Below, piece after piece: positions 37,625 through 49,615 of a stretch of 64,000 nucleotides of DNA. A program made the position numbers and the translations under genes. The notes beneath the pieces are model-generated. The model was not told the DNA's origin. It made no database searches and was given only the letters and a program-made list of their open reading frames with translations. The stretch comes from Octopus vulgaris (taxonomy: Eukaryota). Each line of letters begins with the position of its first letter. The stretch's first letter is position 1. The stretch spans positions 71,734,001-71,798,000 of the forward strand of contig OX597826.1 in NCBI GenBank assembly GCA_951406725.2. The letters run 5' to 3'.

Positions 37625-38001
37625 TTAATTCATGGTTACTGGGAATGCATGTATGTCCATGTGTGTACATGAGGGAGAGAGAAAGACAGAGAGGGAGAGG
37701 GAAGGGTGTTGCCTCCAGTGCCAAAAAGTATCGCTGCCAAAACACGCTGAATGTCCAGTTAGCTGTGTCGAGTTTATCAGTATCCAAACAGTTATGCCCA
37801 ATAGTCGTCTCATTCCGAGTTAACGAGAACAAGTGAATTAGGAGTGCCTGAGTGGGAGTATAAAGGAAGTGATCAAAGTTCAGCCAGCTTTGAGGAAAAG
37901 ATTATTGTAGTAGTGAATGAAAAAATGAAATATCACTGAGTGAAATGCCTCAAGTATAAAATTAAAAGTGGTGTCACGAACTATATAAAAACAATACTTG
38001 C

Positions 38002-38088
38002 TTGTATTTGCTGTAAGAGAACCTCACCAACAGCAGGTGGACAAAAATCTCCATCATTAAACGCTGTATTTTCATCCTGTACAAGTTT
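38002..38088 (-). CDS. FANCB: FANCB coding exon 3 (probable GC donor)
   Basis: gttatttccag| acceptor; 87 nt open, KLVQDENTAFNDGDFCPPAVGEVLLQQIQ. A phase-0 end at CAA|GCAAGT keeps frame with the next exon. The 3' boundary is less certain. Confidence 0.65.
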
Positions 38089-38157
38089 CTGGAAATAACA
38101 CAAAAAAATGTTGAAAGGGGGATAAAAGAAAATAATACTATTCTGCTTTGGTTTACA

Positions 38158-38498
38158 TATGAGGGGGGGTTAAAAGTTCCTGGTTTTGGGTAAAAGAAAA
38201 TACAGGAGGATCAGTTAATTATGATTTTATTCAACATATTCCCCTCTCAGATTCACACACCTATTGCAGCAGCCCTCTTTTACTCTTTTACTTGTTTCAG
38301 TCATTTGACTGTGGCCATGCTGGAGCACCGCCTTTAATCGAGCAAATCGACTCCAAGATTTATTCTTTGTAATCCTAGTACTTATTCTATCGGTCGCTTT
38401 TGCCGAACCGCTAAGTTACGGGGACGTAAACATACCAGCATCAGTTGTCAAGCGATGTCGGGGGGAGGGAACAAACACAGACACACAAACATATACAC

Positions 38499-38531
<33 letters not shown>

Positions 38532-38787
38532 CATATATATGACGGGCTTCTTTCAGTTTCCGTCTACCAAATCCACTCACAAGGCTTTGGTCGGCCCGAG
38601 GCTATAGTAGAAGACACTTGCCCAAGGTGCCACGCAGTGGGACTGAACCCGGAACCATGTGGTTTGTGAGCAAGCTACTTACCACACAGCCACTCCTACG
38701 CCCTGTAAAAGAACTCAGAATGTTGGACCTCCAACCAGGCCTTTCACAACACCCTTAAAACCAGTAATTTTTCAGCACCCACTCATA
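38158..38787. mobile_element. Mariner-type MITE containing a family A SINE (38275-38702, minus); uninterrupted copy at 50545-50758
   Basis: Imperfect TIRs TATGAGGGGG..TAAAAGTTCCTGG / CCAG.AATTTTTCAGCACCCACTCATA; body matches 50545-50758. Confidence 0.75.
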
Positions 38788-38963
38788 TGTAATCCTTTAA
38801 ACTTACACCATCTTAAAACTATGGAATCCTTGTTTGTTATGGGGGTTTGGTTCCAAAAAATCATGAAGCAAAATTAATCATCTCTACACACTTTGTAACT
38901 GGAACAAATGGTAGATTCATTGACATCAAATTTGCAGCCCATAGCAGCACTGCTTCAGCCATC

Positions 38964-39036
<73 letters not shown>

Positions 39037-39991
39037 CATGCCAACCCCCTTTGCTTGTGAAGACATGTTGGGGCAAGCGAAATCGAAATCGAATTGAACC
39101 AGCCAGGATCCCTGGTCTGGTGGTACGTAAAAAGCACTATCCGACTCGTGGCCGATGCCAGCACCGCCTCGACTGGCTTCCGTGCCGGTGGCACATAAAA
39201 TACACCAATCCGACCGTGGCCGTTGCCAGCCTCGCCTGGCACCTGTGCAGGTGGCACGTAAAAAGCACCCACTACACTCACGGAGTGGTTGGCGTTAGGA
39301 AGGGCATCCAGCTGTAGAAACATTGCCAGATAAGACTGGAGCCTGGTGCAGCCTTCTGGCTTCCCAGATCCCCGGTCGAACCGTCCAACCCATGCTAGCA
39401 TGGAGAACGGACGTTAAACGATGATGATGATGATGATATATATATATATATATGTACACACACACACACATATATATGCATATATATATATATATATAAT
39501 AATTATTATTTGAGGGAATAAAATCCAAACTTACAATATATATATTTGGCGTTAGGAAAGGCATCCAGCTGTAGAAACTTTGCCAAATCAAATTGGAGCC
39601 TGGTGCAGCCTACTGGCTTGCCAGTCCTCAGTCAAACTGTCCAACCCATGCCAGCATGGAAAGCAAACATTAAATGACGATGATGATGATATATATCATA
39701 TATACAGACAAACAGACAGACAGACAGATGGATATACAAGACATTAAAAATAAGAATGGAGTCATTATACATCCTCAAAAATATGTTTATTATTGTATCA
39801 CATACACTACATTCAATTTAAATCTCTGTCCGGCACGTGTTTCTACTGCATGGATATCCTAAGATGTGGCATTCAGTTACATCCTGTTGGTTCAATTGCA
39901 TTATAAGTTCAACCAGGGTGTATATATCCATGCAGCTTTATTGAAGGTGTTACCACTACAAATTTTTGTATGTATGTATGTATGAATATAT

Positions 39992-40370
39992 ACTCTTTTA
40001 CTTGTTTCAACCATTTGACTGCGGCCATGCTGGAGCACTGTCTTTAGTCGAGCAAATCGACCCCAGGACTTATTCTTTGGAAGCCTAGTATTTATTCTAT
40101 CGGTCGCTTTTGCCAAACCGCTAAGTTACAGAGACATAAACACACCACCATCAGTTGTCAAGCGATGTTGTGGGGACAAACACAGACACACAAACATATA
40201 TATACGATGGGCTTCTTTCAGTTTCCGTCTACCAAATCCACTCACAAGGCTTTGGTCGGCCTGAGGCTATGGTAGAAGACACTTGCCCAAGGTGCTACGC
40301 AGTCGGAATGAACCCGGAACTATGTGGTTGGTAAGCAAGCTAATTACCACACAGCCACTCCTGCGCCTAT
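39992..40370 (-). mobile_element. Family A SINE; others at 52349-52720, 59605-60170, 61390-61790
   Basis: Full-length reverse-complement copy. Confidence 0.9.
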
Positions 40371-40936
40371 GTATATAGATATATGTATGTAGATATATAC
40401 ATCATCATCGTTTAACATCCATTTTCCATGCTGGCATGGGTTGGATGATTTGACAGGAGCTGGCCAGTTGAAAAGCTGCCCAGGCTACATGGCTGTTTTG
40501 GCATGGTTTCTGTGGCTGAATGCCCTTCCTAATACCAACCACTTTACAGATGATACTGGATGCTTTTATGCAGCACGAGCATGGCTGCATTTGCTTGGCA
40601 CCATTTTAGATCACCTACCTAGTGGGTCCCTCATAATGGTGATCCTTTCCAGCCAGGATATATCCATGGGAGCTCTACCCACTTAATCTTTGGTCAGAAC
40701 CTAATAGTAAATCCCCTGAACTCATGCAGTCACCACATCTGTCCGGAGTGACAACCCCAAAGTAAAAGAGGCCCACACAAGTTGTCCTTCTGCTCACATG
40801 ACTTCCCTCACTCCTGTCCTTTCAGCAAGGCCCCTCAGCAATTCACGTGACATCACTGACCCTACACTTCTTCCCCACTCCCTCAGCCCCTCAAAAAAGA
40901 AAAGAACAGGAAGAAAGTAAAAAGGGGGAGTCTTAC

Positions 40937-41122
40937 CATTAAGTCAGCATTACCATGTTGGAAGTGATGGCATTCCAAATCAGTAAGCAGCCAGAATTTA
41001 ACCAACTCTGACCCCTCTGTTTCCTCATTGCCATGAAGACCCAGAAACAATAGCTGCTGTGTTCCACACTGAAGAAAATCCTGCACAAAAATCTTGTTAA
41101 CATCTTTGATAACAAATTTTAC
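40937..41122 (-). CDS. FANCB: FANCB coding exon 2
   Basis: cttttcag| acceptor and ATG|GTAAGA donor; 186 nt, phase 0/0. Peptide VKFVIKDVNKIFVQDFLQCGTQQLLFL...LLTDL resembles FANCB VLIDDFIGSGTEQVLLL...ITDL. Confidence 0.85.
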
Positions 41123-41469
41123 CTGAAAAGTTGAGTAACGAAATATATCAGGTATAATAAAATGACTCCATGAAATATATAGTAAATCTAATAAAATTAA
41201 CTAATAAAGCAAGTGTTTGTTTCAGTAGTCAGTTTTGTCGGAGATAAGGAGTTAAATCTAACGAAAAGTCACTAGAGACGATACCAGTGTTAATGTAAGT
41301 AAAATTCTATGAGAATTTTAAAGTTGTTTGTTCAGGTATGCAGAATAGAAAATCAGATGCTAATTGGATACATGGTTTAATTAGTTACAGAAGTTCTGAT
41401 GAATCAATCAGCTCACACACTCAGCAACTTCACTTTCCCATATTCACACACACAAATACACCAACATAT

Positions 41470-41799
41470 TATATATCTATATCTATATATATATATATAA
41501 TATCTATATATATATATATATATATTTATATCTTTATATATATATATGTGTGTATATAAATGTGTGAGTATATATATGTGTGTGTATGTATATATATATA
41601 TATATATATTTATATCTTTATATATATGTGTATATATATATATAAATAAATATTTATATATATATCATCATCACAAATAAATATGTAAATAAATATATAA
41701 ATATATATTTATATGTAAATATATATATTTATATATAAATATATATATATATAAATATATATATTTATATATAAATATATATAAATATATATATAAATA

Positions 41800-41845
<46 letters not shown>
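41470..41845. repeat. (AT)n-rich microsatellite tract
   Basis: Direct reading of the sequence. Confidence 0.95.
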
Positions 41846-41848
<3 letters not shown>

Positions 41849-41899
41849 TTGTTTCAGCCAAGTGGCTGCGGTCGTGCTGGAACACCACCATGACTTTCC

Positions 41900-43050
41900 C
41901 TCCTTATGCTGTGCTCTTTATACGTTCCTTGCATGGCTCTTCTCTGCCACCTGATGTAGTCCAATCAAGACTTTTGATGGCACATCTGGTGTATAAGAGA
42001 ATTTGACATCGCTGCCCTCAAATATGTCTCATTTTGAGCCATCAGTTCGTCTGGTATCGTGGATAGGAAAATGTCGAGTTTCGTTTTGAAGACCTCTACA
42101 TCCATGTCTTGCAGGTCTCTCAATTGTTTTGGAAGGGCATTAAAGAGCTGAGGTCCTCTGAAACCGAGGCTGTTACAGTACCTTGCTCTTATGTGAGATG
42201 CAGTGGACGGTACCCTTGGTACTATGCAGTGGAGACCTGTGCGGTCATTCGTGTAGTACTTGATGCCAAAGTGTGGTACCAGTCCTTCCAGTATTTTCCA
42301 TATGTAAATTATTACATATCTCTCCTGCCTGCGCTCCATTGAGTAGAGACTTAGTGCCTTCAGTCGCTCCCTGTACTTCATCTGCTGGACTGTGGCGATC
42401 TTTTTTTATAGTGACGCTGAATTGCCTCGAGTTCTGCTGTCAGCTTGACACTGTGGGGTGACCACAACTGAGAGCAATAGTCTAGGCAGCTCAGAACAAA
42501 TGTCAGTTGTTTGCACTTTGTTGTCAACTTGACAATGTGCATGTGAAATGATGCATCACTACACATGCTGATGCCCAGGTATCTCACTGTTTGTGGTTCT
42601 TGGATTGCAGTACCTCCAGGTCCTGTGTGTGCCAGTTAGGGGGGCACTTGTGGCCTTGTAGCGCAGTACTTGAAACTTTTTAGCATTAAACCGCATATTA
42701 TTTTGCTCTGCCCACTTGTATATTGCATTTAGATCATTCTGCAGGCTTATGGCATCGTCAGGATTCTTTATTGCCTGAGATAGTTTTGTGTCATCAGCGT
42801 AGCTAGTGACAATGGCTGTCCGAGTGACCGAGGGCATGTCCAGAAGGGCTACTATGAAAAGTAGTGGCCCCGGGACAATTCCTTGTGGAACACCGCTCAA
42901 TATTTGCGTTTCCCTAGATAATTCTCCACTGGCTGCAGCTGTCTGACGTCTACCATCCAGGAAGTCATGCAGCCACTCTCCTAATTTACCAGCTATGCCA
43001 AGGTTTCGCAGCTTGTGACATATCATGCCATGATCAACTTTGTCAAAGTC
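41900..43050 (-). mobile_element. CR1/L2-group LINE reverse transcriptase remnant (frameshifted)
   Basis: FDKVDH, SGVPQG..GPLLF, YADDTK, LDYCSQLWSP, Y.ERLK.L.LYS.ERR and GPQLFNALP motifs across several frames. Confidence 0.9.
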
Positions 43051-43232
43051 CAAACTCTGTTGGACTTTACACATAAGGTATTGGAATCTTACATATATAC
43101 CATTCTGCCTAAAAAAATGGATCTACAACTTCAATATCCCTAAATATCTTGCATCTATTTTCTTTCCTCCACCTCACTCTCTATTTTGTATCACATCTAA
43201 ACTAACTATGACTTAACCATCCTCTCACACCA

Positions 43233-43282
43233 TTTCTGATGAAGGGATATAATTAATAAATATCCTTGAAACAGCTGTAAGA
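43233..43282 (+). ncRNA. Minimal type-I hammerhead ribozyme motif in a Penelope-like fragment (~43075-43340)
   Basis: TTT-CTGATGA-AGGGATAT(AATTAATAA)ATATCCTT-GAAA-CAGCTG-TA-AGA: intact cores, 8-bp helix II (one G-U pair), palindromic helix III, GUA cleavage triplet. Confidence 0.75.
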
Positions 43283-43349
43283 CCTTCTATCTATAAATGT
43301 TCTAATATCTACACAGCCTTGGTTTTTTTAAATCTTATTATGCAAAAAA

Positions 43350-43386
<37 letters not shown>

Positions 43387-43559
43387 GTGCCATTTGCTTG
43401 ACACTAGTATCTTCCACAGGTGTGATTTTGTTTGGCTTGATGAGTCTTCCTCTGAAGCACGACATAATGCCAAAGGCCTTGGTCATTGCTTCCATGAAGC
43501 TCAATGCTCGAAAGGAACTCAGTCACTTTGCCTCTGTCAGGCCCAATGTTCAAAAGGTC

Positions 43560-44675
43560 GATTTTGTTATGCACCACTAGCATGGATACACTTGGCTTGA
43601 CAGGCCCTCTTAAGCAGAGTACATCACCAAAGGTCTCAGTCACAAGTCAATGCCTCTGTGAGGTTCAAAGTTCAAGCCTCACCACCTCATCCCATGTCTT
43701 CCTGGGTCTACCTTTACCACAAGTTCCTGCCACAGTTAGAGATCGGCACTTTTTTACACAACTGGCTTTGTCCATACATATCACATGACCATACCATCGC
43801 TGTCGTCTCTCTTGCACACCACATCTGATTCCTCTTATGCCTAACCTTTCTCTCAAGATGCCTACACTCTGTCAAACATGCACACTGACATTGTCCATCC
43901 AGAAAAGCAAACTGGTTTCATTTCATTTCAAGCCTACACAGGTCTCGGCTGTTAGAGCCCATGTTTCACTGCCATGCAGCATAGCTGTTTACACACAGGC
44001 ATCAAACAATCTGCCTTTCACTCTGAGAGAGAAGCCCTTTGTTGCCAGCAGGGGTAGGAGCTCTCTGAACTTTGCCCAACCTAATCTTATTCTCACAGCT
44101 ATGCTCTTGGAACAACCACCTCCACTACTAACCTGGTCACCTAGATACTGGAAGCTATCTACTACCTCTAGCTTGCACCCCCTGGCAGTTGATGGAGTCT
44201 ATTTTCCACACATGTTCAGCATTTATTATGCCTGTGTACCTTCTACATACAAAAGTTAGTTTCTGTTAACCTTCCTTTGATGTTGCTGCACCTTTTGTGT
44301 GTCCAAAGCTTACACTGAGAGCATCTTATGGAGTTTCTACTTACACCTTTTCTACAGATTGAGCAGGGTCATCTACCTGAAGGGATTTGTGATTTGTCTG
44401 CCTTCTTACTTACTATGACTTTAGTTTTTGCTAGGTTAACTCTAAGGTCCTTTGATTCTAGACCTTGTTTCCATACCTGGAACTTCTTCTCTAGCTCAGG
44501 TAGTGATTCAGCTATAAGAGCAAGGTTATCAACATAGAGGAGCTCCCAGAAGCAGCCTGTCTTGAATTCCTCCATTATTGCCTGGAGGACTATGATGAAC
44601 AAGAGGGAGCTGAGCACAGATCCTTGGTGAACCCCTATTTGTACCCTGAATTCTTCACTGCACTCGTTGCCCACC
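43560..44675 (-). mobile_element. RTE-clade LINE reverse transcriptase remnant
   Basis: GVHQGSVLSSLLFIIVL, LLYVDNLAL, GLESKDLRVNLAKTK and WYGHV...GRPRKTW motifs. Confidence 0.9.
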
Positions 44676-45043
44676 CTTATATATATAAGCAAACTTCCAA
44701 AGTCTTGTGAGTGGATTTGGTAGGCAGAAACTGAAAGAAGCCTTGTTGTATACCATAAAAGGCTAATATTGGTAAAATGAGACATACTTATCTACATGGC
44801 CGAAACAGCTGTAAGATGTAATCTATACTTATATTTATATTCTCTTTTATATATATTCTACATATTATACAACATTACTCTTTTATGCACACTTTTTTAT
44901 GTACATTCCTTTGTGTACACTGATTTGTTCTGCTTTTCTGTTTAACCCTACAGTCTCTTATGTGGTGGTTTAATAAAGTATGTGATTGAGTATTATCTGA
45001 TAATTGATATTTGATTTAGATGTATTTCTCCATTTTCTTATCT

Positions 45044-45100
<57 letters not shown>

Positions 45101-46619
45101 ACACACAGGCACACACACACAAAGGCGGCGAGCTGGGCGAAATGCTTTGCGGTATTTCGTTTGTCGTTACGTTCTGAATTCAAATTCCCCCGAGGTCGAC
45201 TTTGCCTTTCATCCTTTAGGGGTCGATGTAATCGACTTAATCCCTTTGTCTGTCCTTGTTTGTCCCCTCTATGTTTAGCCCCTTGTGGGTAGTAAAGAAA
45301 AATATATATATATATATACACATATATTATTCATATTGTTACTATGATGCAAAAGTGTCATAAGTCCAAAACGTTTGTTTTTTCAGAAAACGAAAGAATA
45401 GTTTCACCCTTCCATTTCTTTTTACATTAGCAAGTTTCAGCTTAATAATAATACTTTGTTGGGTGCATAAAATTGTAACTCAATGCATGTATGATATTTT
45501 CAGTCAGTAATATTTTTGCAAAACTGTCATATGTGGGACTTACTACACTTTTGAAAAATGATAAAGCATTGTACTACACTTTGACAATTTTCATATCTTG
45601 GCATCTGGAGATACGATAGCTTGACCAAAATATTGAAAAAAAAACGCATTTGGCCAAATTTGGACACACAACAGTTTAACATAATAGCAACAATATATAT
45701 ATATCCTTATCATCATCAATTGGCGTTACCTTTTCCATGCTGGAAAGGGTTGCACAGACGAGCCAGACTCTGCGACTGCTTTGGCATGGTTTCTACATCT
45801 GGATGCATCTATAGTATCAACCACAAAGGTATCAAAACAAGGATATACACACATATGTGTAATAGACTATGTGTCTTTCCATATATACTTTTTTTTCTGT
45901 GAGTAAGACTTAAGCCGCTGAATTTGTTCCACTTTATAAGGTTTACTTTCTAAGTCATTTGACAGGAGCTGGAGTTGTACTTCATTCTGCTGTCTTCTTT
46001 GTCCCACAATGCTTAACTAATGTTTCAATGTCCATAAATTCTGATGATACACCATGCGTCGCAATATCTTTAAAAGATTTTTTCATCATTATTATAGCCG
46101 AAACAGTTCTTTTGAGGTAAGTTGCTGACACTAGATTGATGACACATTTGATTTGATTTTTTTTCCCCCAAGACCAATAAAAATATTTCTCTCTAAACAG
46201 TCAAACAACGGTCTCCACTTACTTGCTGGAATCATTCTCTTTATTTTTGTATTCGAGAGTTCATTCTGCTACCTCCACTGTCTCATAATGCTTAACTAAT
46301 GCCATAAACTCTGATGATTAACCCTGCATTATAACAATTTGAAACAAGAGCACAAACCTCTGCCAAAGCAACACCAACGTTTTCTCAACGATTAGCCAGA
46401 GATGATTTTTAAAGTGGGAATATCTGAAATAATCTCAATTACTCTCACAAACAAGAATACTAAAAATGAACCTGACTGCTCTCAAAAATTAAGTAGAAAA
46501 TCCGGAAAAATAATCCAGAATCCTTGTCCGGTACCTGATCGATCCCAATGGTAGTCATGGAATGTGAAGGTGGGTGTGCAGGCCATGTTTGTAATGCTGT
46601 GTGTCGGCGGCAGTGGGAA

Positions 46620-46815
46620 CAGGGACAGTTTTCTCTATGAAGGCCTTTTTTAGTCTATCCACTGATATAGTGTCTTTACAACCATTAAGGTCTATAGTGA
46701 AAAAATTTATCTGCGCATGAAAGAAAACGGAAAGGACCTGCATACGGTGCTGTTAACGGAGGTTTAACAACATTGTTGCGCACAAAAACGTGAGTCCAAG
46801 AAGTAAAGCTTCCTT
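46620..46815 (-). mobile_element. Gypsy LTR-retrotransposon integrase C-terminal (GPY/F) fragment
   Basis: THVFVRNNVVKPPLTAPYAGPF..(frameshift)..FTIDLNGCKDTISVDRLKKAF. Confidence 0.8.
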
Positions 46816-47499
46816 CAAGGCAGAACAAGTAAGTAAGAAGTTTTAAACAGGAGTGATATGTTCAAAATTGGTAAAACTAAAAATTGTTGAGGATAAATCA
46901 AATTTATTATTGTTACTGAATATGTTAGTGTTATTTAATTTCTGAACAATTTTTCTGCCATTTATTTTAGTTTGATTTCTTTATCCATCAGTTTCTACTA
47001 AGATAGAGACGTGAGTAAAATTAATAATAGAGAAATGAAAATAAAACTTTAGAAACAGCAATACCATCATAACTTATGTGGAAACCATGAGCATGCTTTC
47101 AAGGGAGATAATCAGAGAAAGACTTGAAAGTCAACATAAGATCATAATATTTCATGTAAAATAAATATAACAAAAAATCCAGAATGCTTATCTGGTACCA
47201 GATCGATCCCCAAATCTAATCAGTTCGTGCCAGTCACGAGACGAAACATCCCTGAAAGTTTCATCCAAATCCATCCAATGATTCTTGAGATATCTTGTCA
47301 AGGCAGAGGTAATTAGAGGCTGAAAATTCAGAAGGCCAGGGTGTGTTAGTGTCTCCTCCTTTCTAAACAAGAAATGTTTTTCGTAAACTTTTGCAGTTAA
47401 TTATACCTGGATAGTATTTAAGAAATGATAAACATAAATTTCTTATTTACTTGTATTTTTTCTTTTGGCATTTTTATTTACTTCCTCATATTCTCATTA

Positions 47500-48096
47500 G
47501 CTATGCATAGTAAGAATCCAGCTTCCAGTATGGTCTTTGGAGCTGTTGGGAAATTGATGCCTCCTCATTTTATTGAAGCGGTTCTTAAAATCAACACAGC
47601 AGAGTATCTCAAAATCCTAGAAGTTCTGTTGCCTTGGATTCGGAAGCATTATGACGCAAGTCGAGTTATGTTAGTGCAGGACTCTGCACCAGCCCATTCT
47701 TCGAAAAGAATGCAAGAATTTTTGAAGAAGGAATTGCCCAAGTTTGCTGCTAAAGATATCTGGCCGTTTACCTCGCCAGATTTGAACCCATGTGATTGTT
47801 GGCTATAGGACACAGCTGAAGTAATACCCAATGCAACTTCTCACAACTGTGTATATTCAGTGAAGGCTTCAATCAATCAAGCAATCAGTAAAATGAAAAA
47901 ACAGAAGAAATAGTTAAGTTATGCTTATCATTTTGTAAACGGATTGAACCGGTGAAGAAAGTGATTTGTAGTCACATTGAACTGAAAGAAGTGCTAAACA
48001 CTCCACAATAAACTGGCAGAAAATAATAAAACTTGCAGTGTTTGATTCTTCTGAGTTATACCATTAAATGGTCCCAATTTACCTGTTACACCCTGT
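47500..48096 (+). mobile_element. Tc1/mariner-superfamily transposase C-terminal remnant with right end
   Basis: MVFGAV..KLMPPHFI..KINTAEYL..LLPWI..QDSAPAH..WP.TSPDLNPCD; ends ACACCCTG|TA. Confidence 0.85.
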
Positions 48097-48120
48097 ATGT
48101 GTGTATATATATACATATAT

Positions 48121-48410
48121 GTGGAGGCGCAATGGCCCAGTGGTTAGGGCAGCGGACTCGCGGTCGGAGGATCGCGGTTTCGATTCCCAGACCAGGCGTT
48201 GTGTGTGTTTATTGAGCGAAAACACCTAAAAGCTCCACGAGGCTCCGGCAGGAGGTGGTGATCCCTGCTGTACTCTTTCACCACTCTTTCTTCTGTTGGC
48301 CTGCTCGCTTAGCCAGCGGGGTGGTGTCATTCGAAGGCTAAAACAATGCAAACGCATTGTGACCAGCAATGTGTAACAACATCTGATAGTCTGGTCAGTC
48401 ACGGTGATAT
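48121..48410 (+). mobile_element. tRNA-derived SINE (family E)
   Basis: A box TGGCCCAGTGG and B box GGTTTCGATTCC; 5' half homologous to family D with a different 3' half. Confidence 0.8.
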
Positions 48411-48829
48411 ACATATATAATATATATATATATATATATTGGATTGTCTAAGTTTAGTCCACCGCAGGATGAAGGTCTCAGCATGTTCTCTCCACCAGCC
48501 GTGGTCTGATGTGGGGCTAGGAATTTGAGCTTGAGATCACTCTGGTTTGATGAGCCTACTCTATCACACTGACTCATACACAGGCGATGTTAAGTCGATA
48601 GCATCAACCACAGTGCTCAACTAGTACTTATTTTATTGCTCCAAAAAGAGTGAAAGGTTAATTTGGCCTTAGCAGAGTTTAAACTCAGAACAAATAGACA
48701 GATGAATTGTGTGTGGCAGGTTTGGTAGCTTTCAACTAACACTATCTCCTCTGAGACCCTGCAGTGCAAGTTGACCAAAATTGAGAGTATGATAGAAGAA
48801 GGCTTGCTCTTTATTCTGTAGAAGATAAA

Positions 48830-49251
48830 ATTCAAATCGGACCATGTTAAGACCAAAAATTATTTACATCAAAAAGGTGCTTTTTTTTACTATGAAAATC
48901 CCTATTTTTTTTACGATTTTTTGACTGCTGTGTACTTTTTTTTAATGAATACTGTTGCAGTGTTAACTTCTTAATAGATTTTCAGTGCAGTTCTAAACTT
49001 GAGCGTCATTTTGTTTTAAATCTACGGGTAAGTTTTTTCTCCATAATGTTAATAGAAGGAATATTAACCAACAATTGAAGTCGGCATTACACCTTTGCAG
49101 CCCATTCAGAGCAAACTTGAGCATCGCCACACTATACTTTTATTCATAGATTGAAACTATGTCAAAACTTTGTTAACGTGACATCAAAGTCTGCCATTTT
49201 AAGCACAACTGAAAAACAAACCTGAGCAATGCCAGGCTATACTGCTAGTAT
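48830..49251 (-). mobile_element. Non-autonomous Helitron/Helentron-like repeat; plus-strand copy begins at ~63824
   Basis: Both begin ACTAGCAGTAT.GCC.GGC.TTGCTC.GGTTTG, a short hairpin after ACTAG. Classification is by resemblance only. Confidence 0.5.
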
Positions 49252-49369
49252 ATATAAATATATATATACACCAGCTAAGCTAAGTTCAACTGTCTAAAGT
49301 CGTAAGACACCAGCTGTTTTTGTCCTGTCATTACTATTATTGTTTTTTGTATTTATATTCATGGGGCAT

Positions 49370-49615
49370 CGTCCGTTTTTCTGTCCTTGTTTCGTATACA
49401 TTCGATCCTTTTTCCAAGAAATCTAATGCTCATAGCTTAGTTTTTCCTTGGGGCTGGCCGGATCGGAGCGATCTCAAGATTAATCAGCCGAAATTGCAAG
49501 GATGATCCGGTTCTTGACTGAAGATTAGAGGCTTCGAATGACCCGTCCATTTTTGTGTCGTCTATTCGAGTGTTTTGCGTTCTTGTCCCATTTTGTATTT
49601 TTTTATATATATTTT
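49370..49615. repeat. Unclassified dispersed repeat; second copy at 59800-60030
   Basis: Shared TTCCAAG.AATCTAATGCTC.TAGCTTAGTTTTTCCTTGGGGCTG...GGCTTCGAATGACCCGTCC. Confidence 0.75.

Noticed and set aside
46000-46350. Two CTGATGA motifs with downstream GAAAC
   Set aside because: No helix II or helix I pairing could be formed; they appear to be part of a short local duplication.
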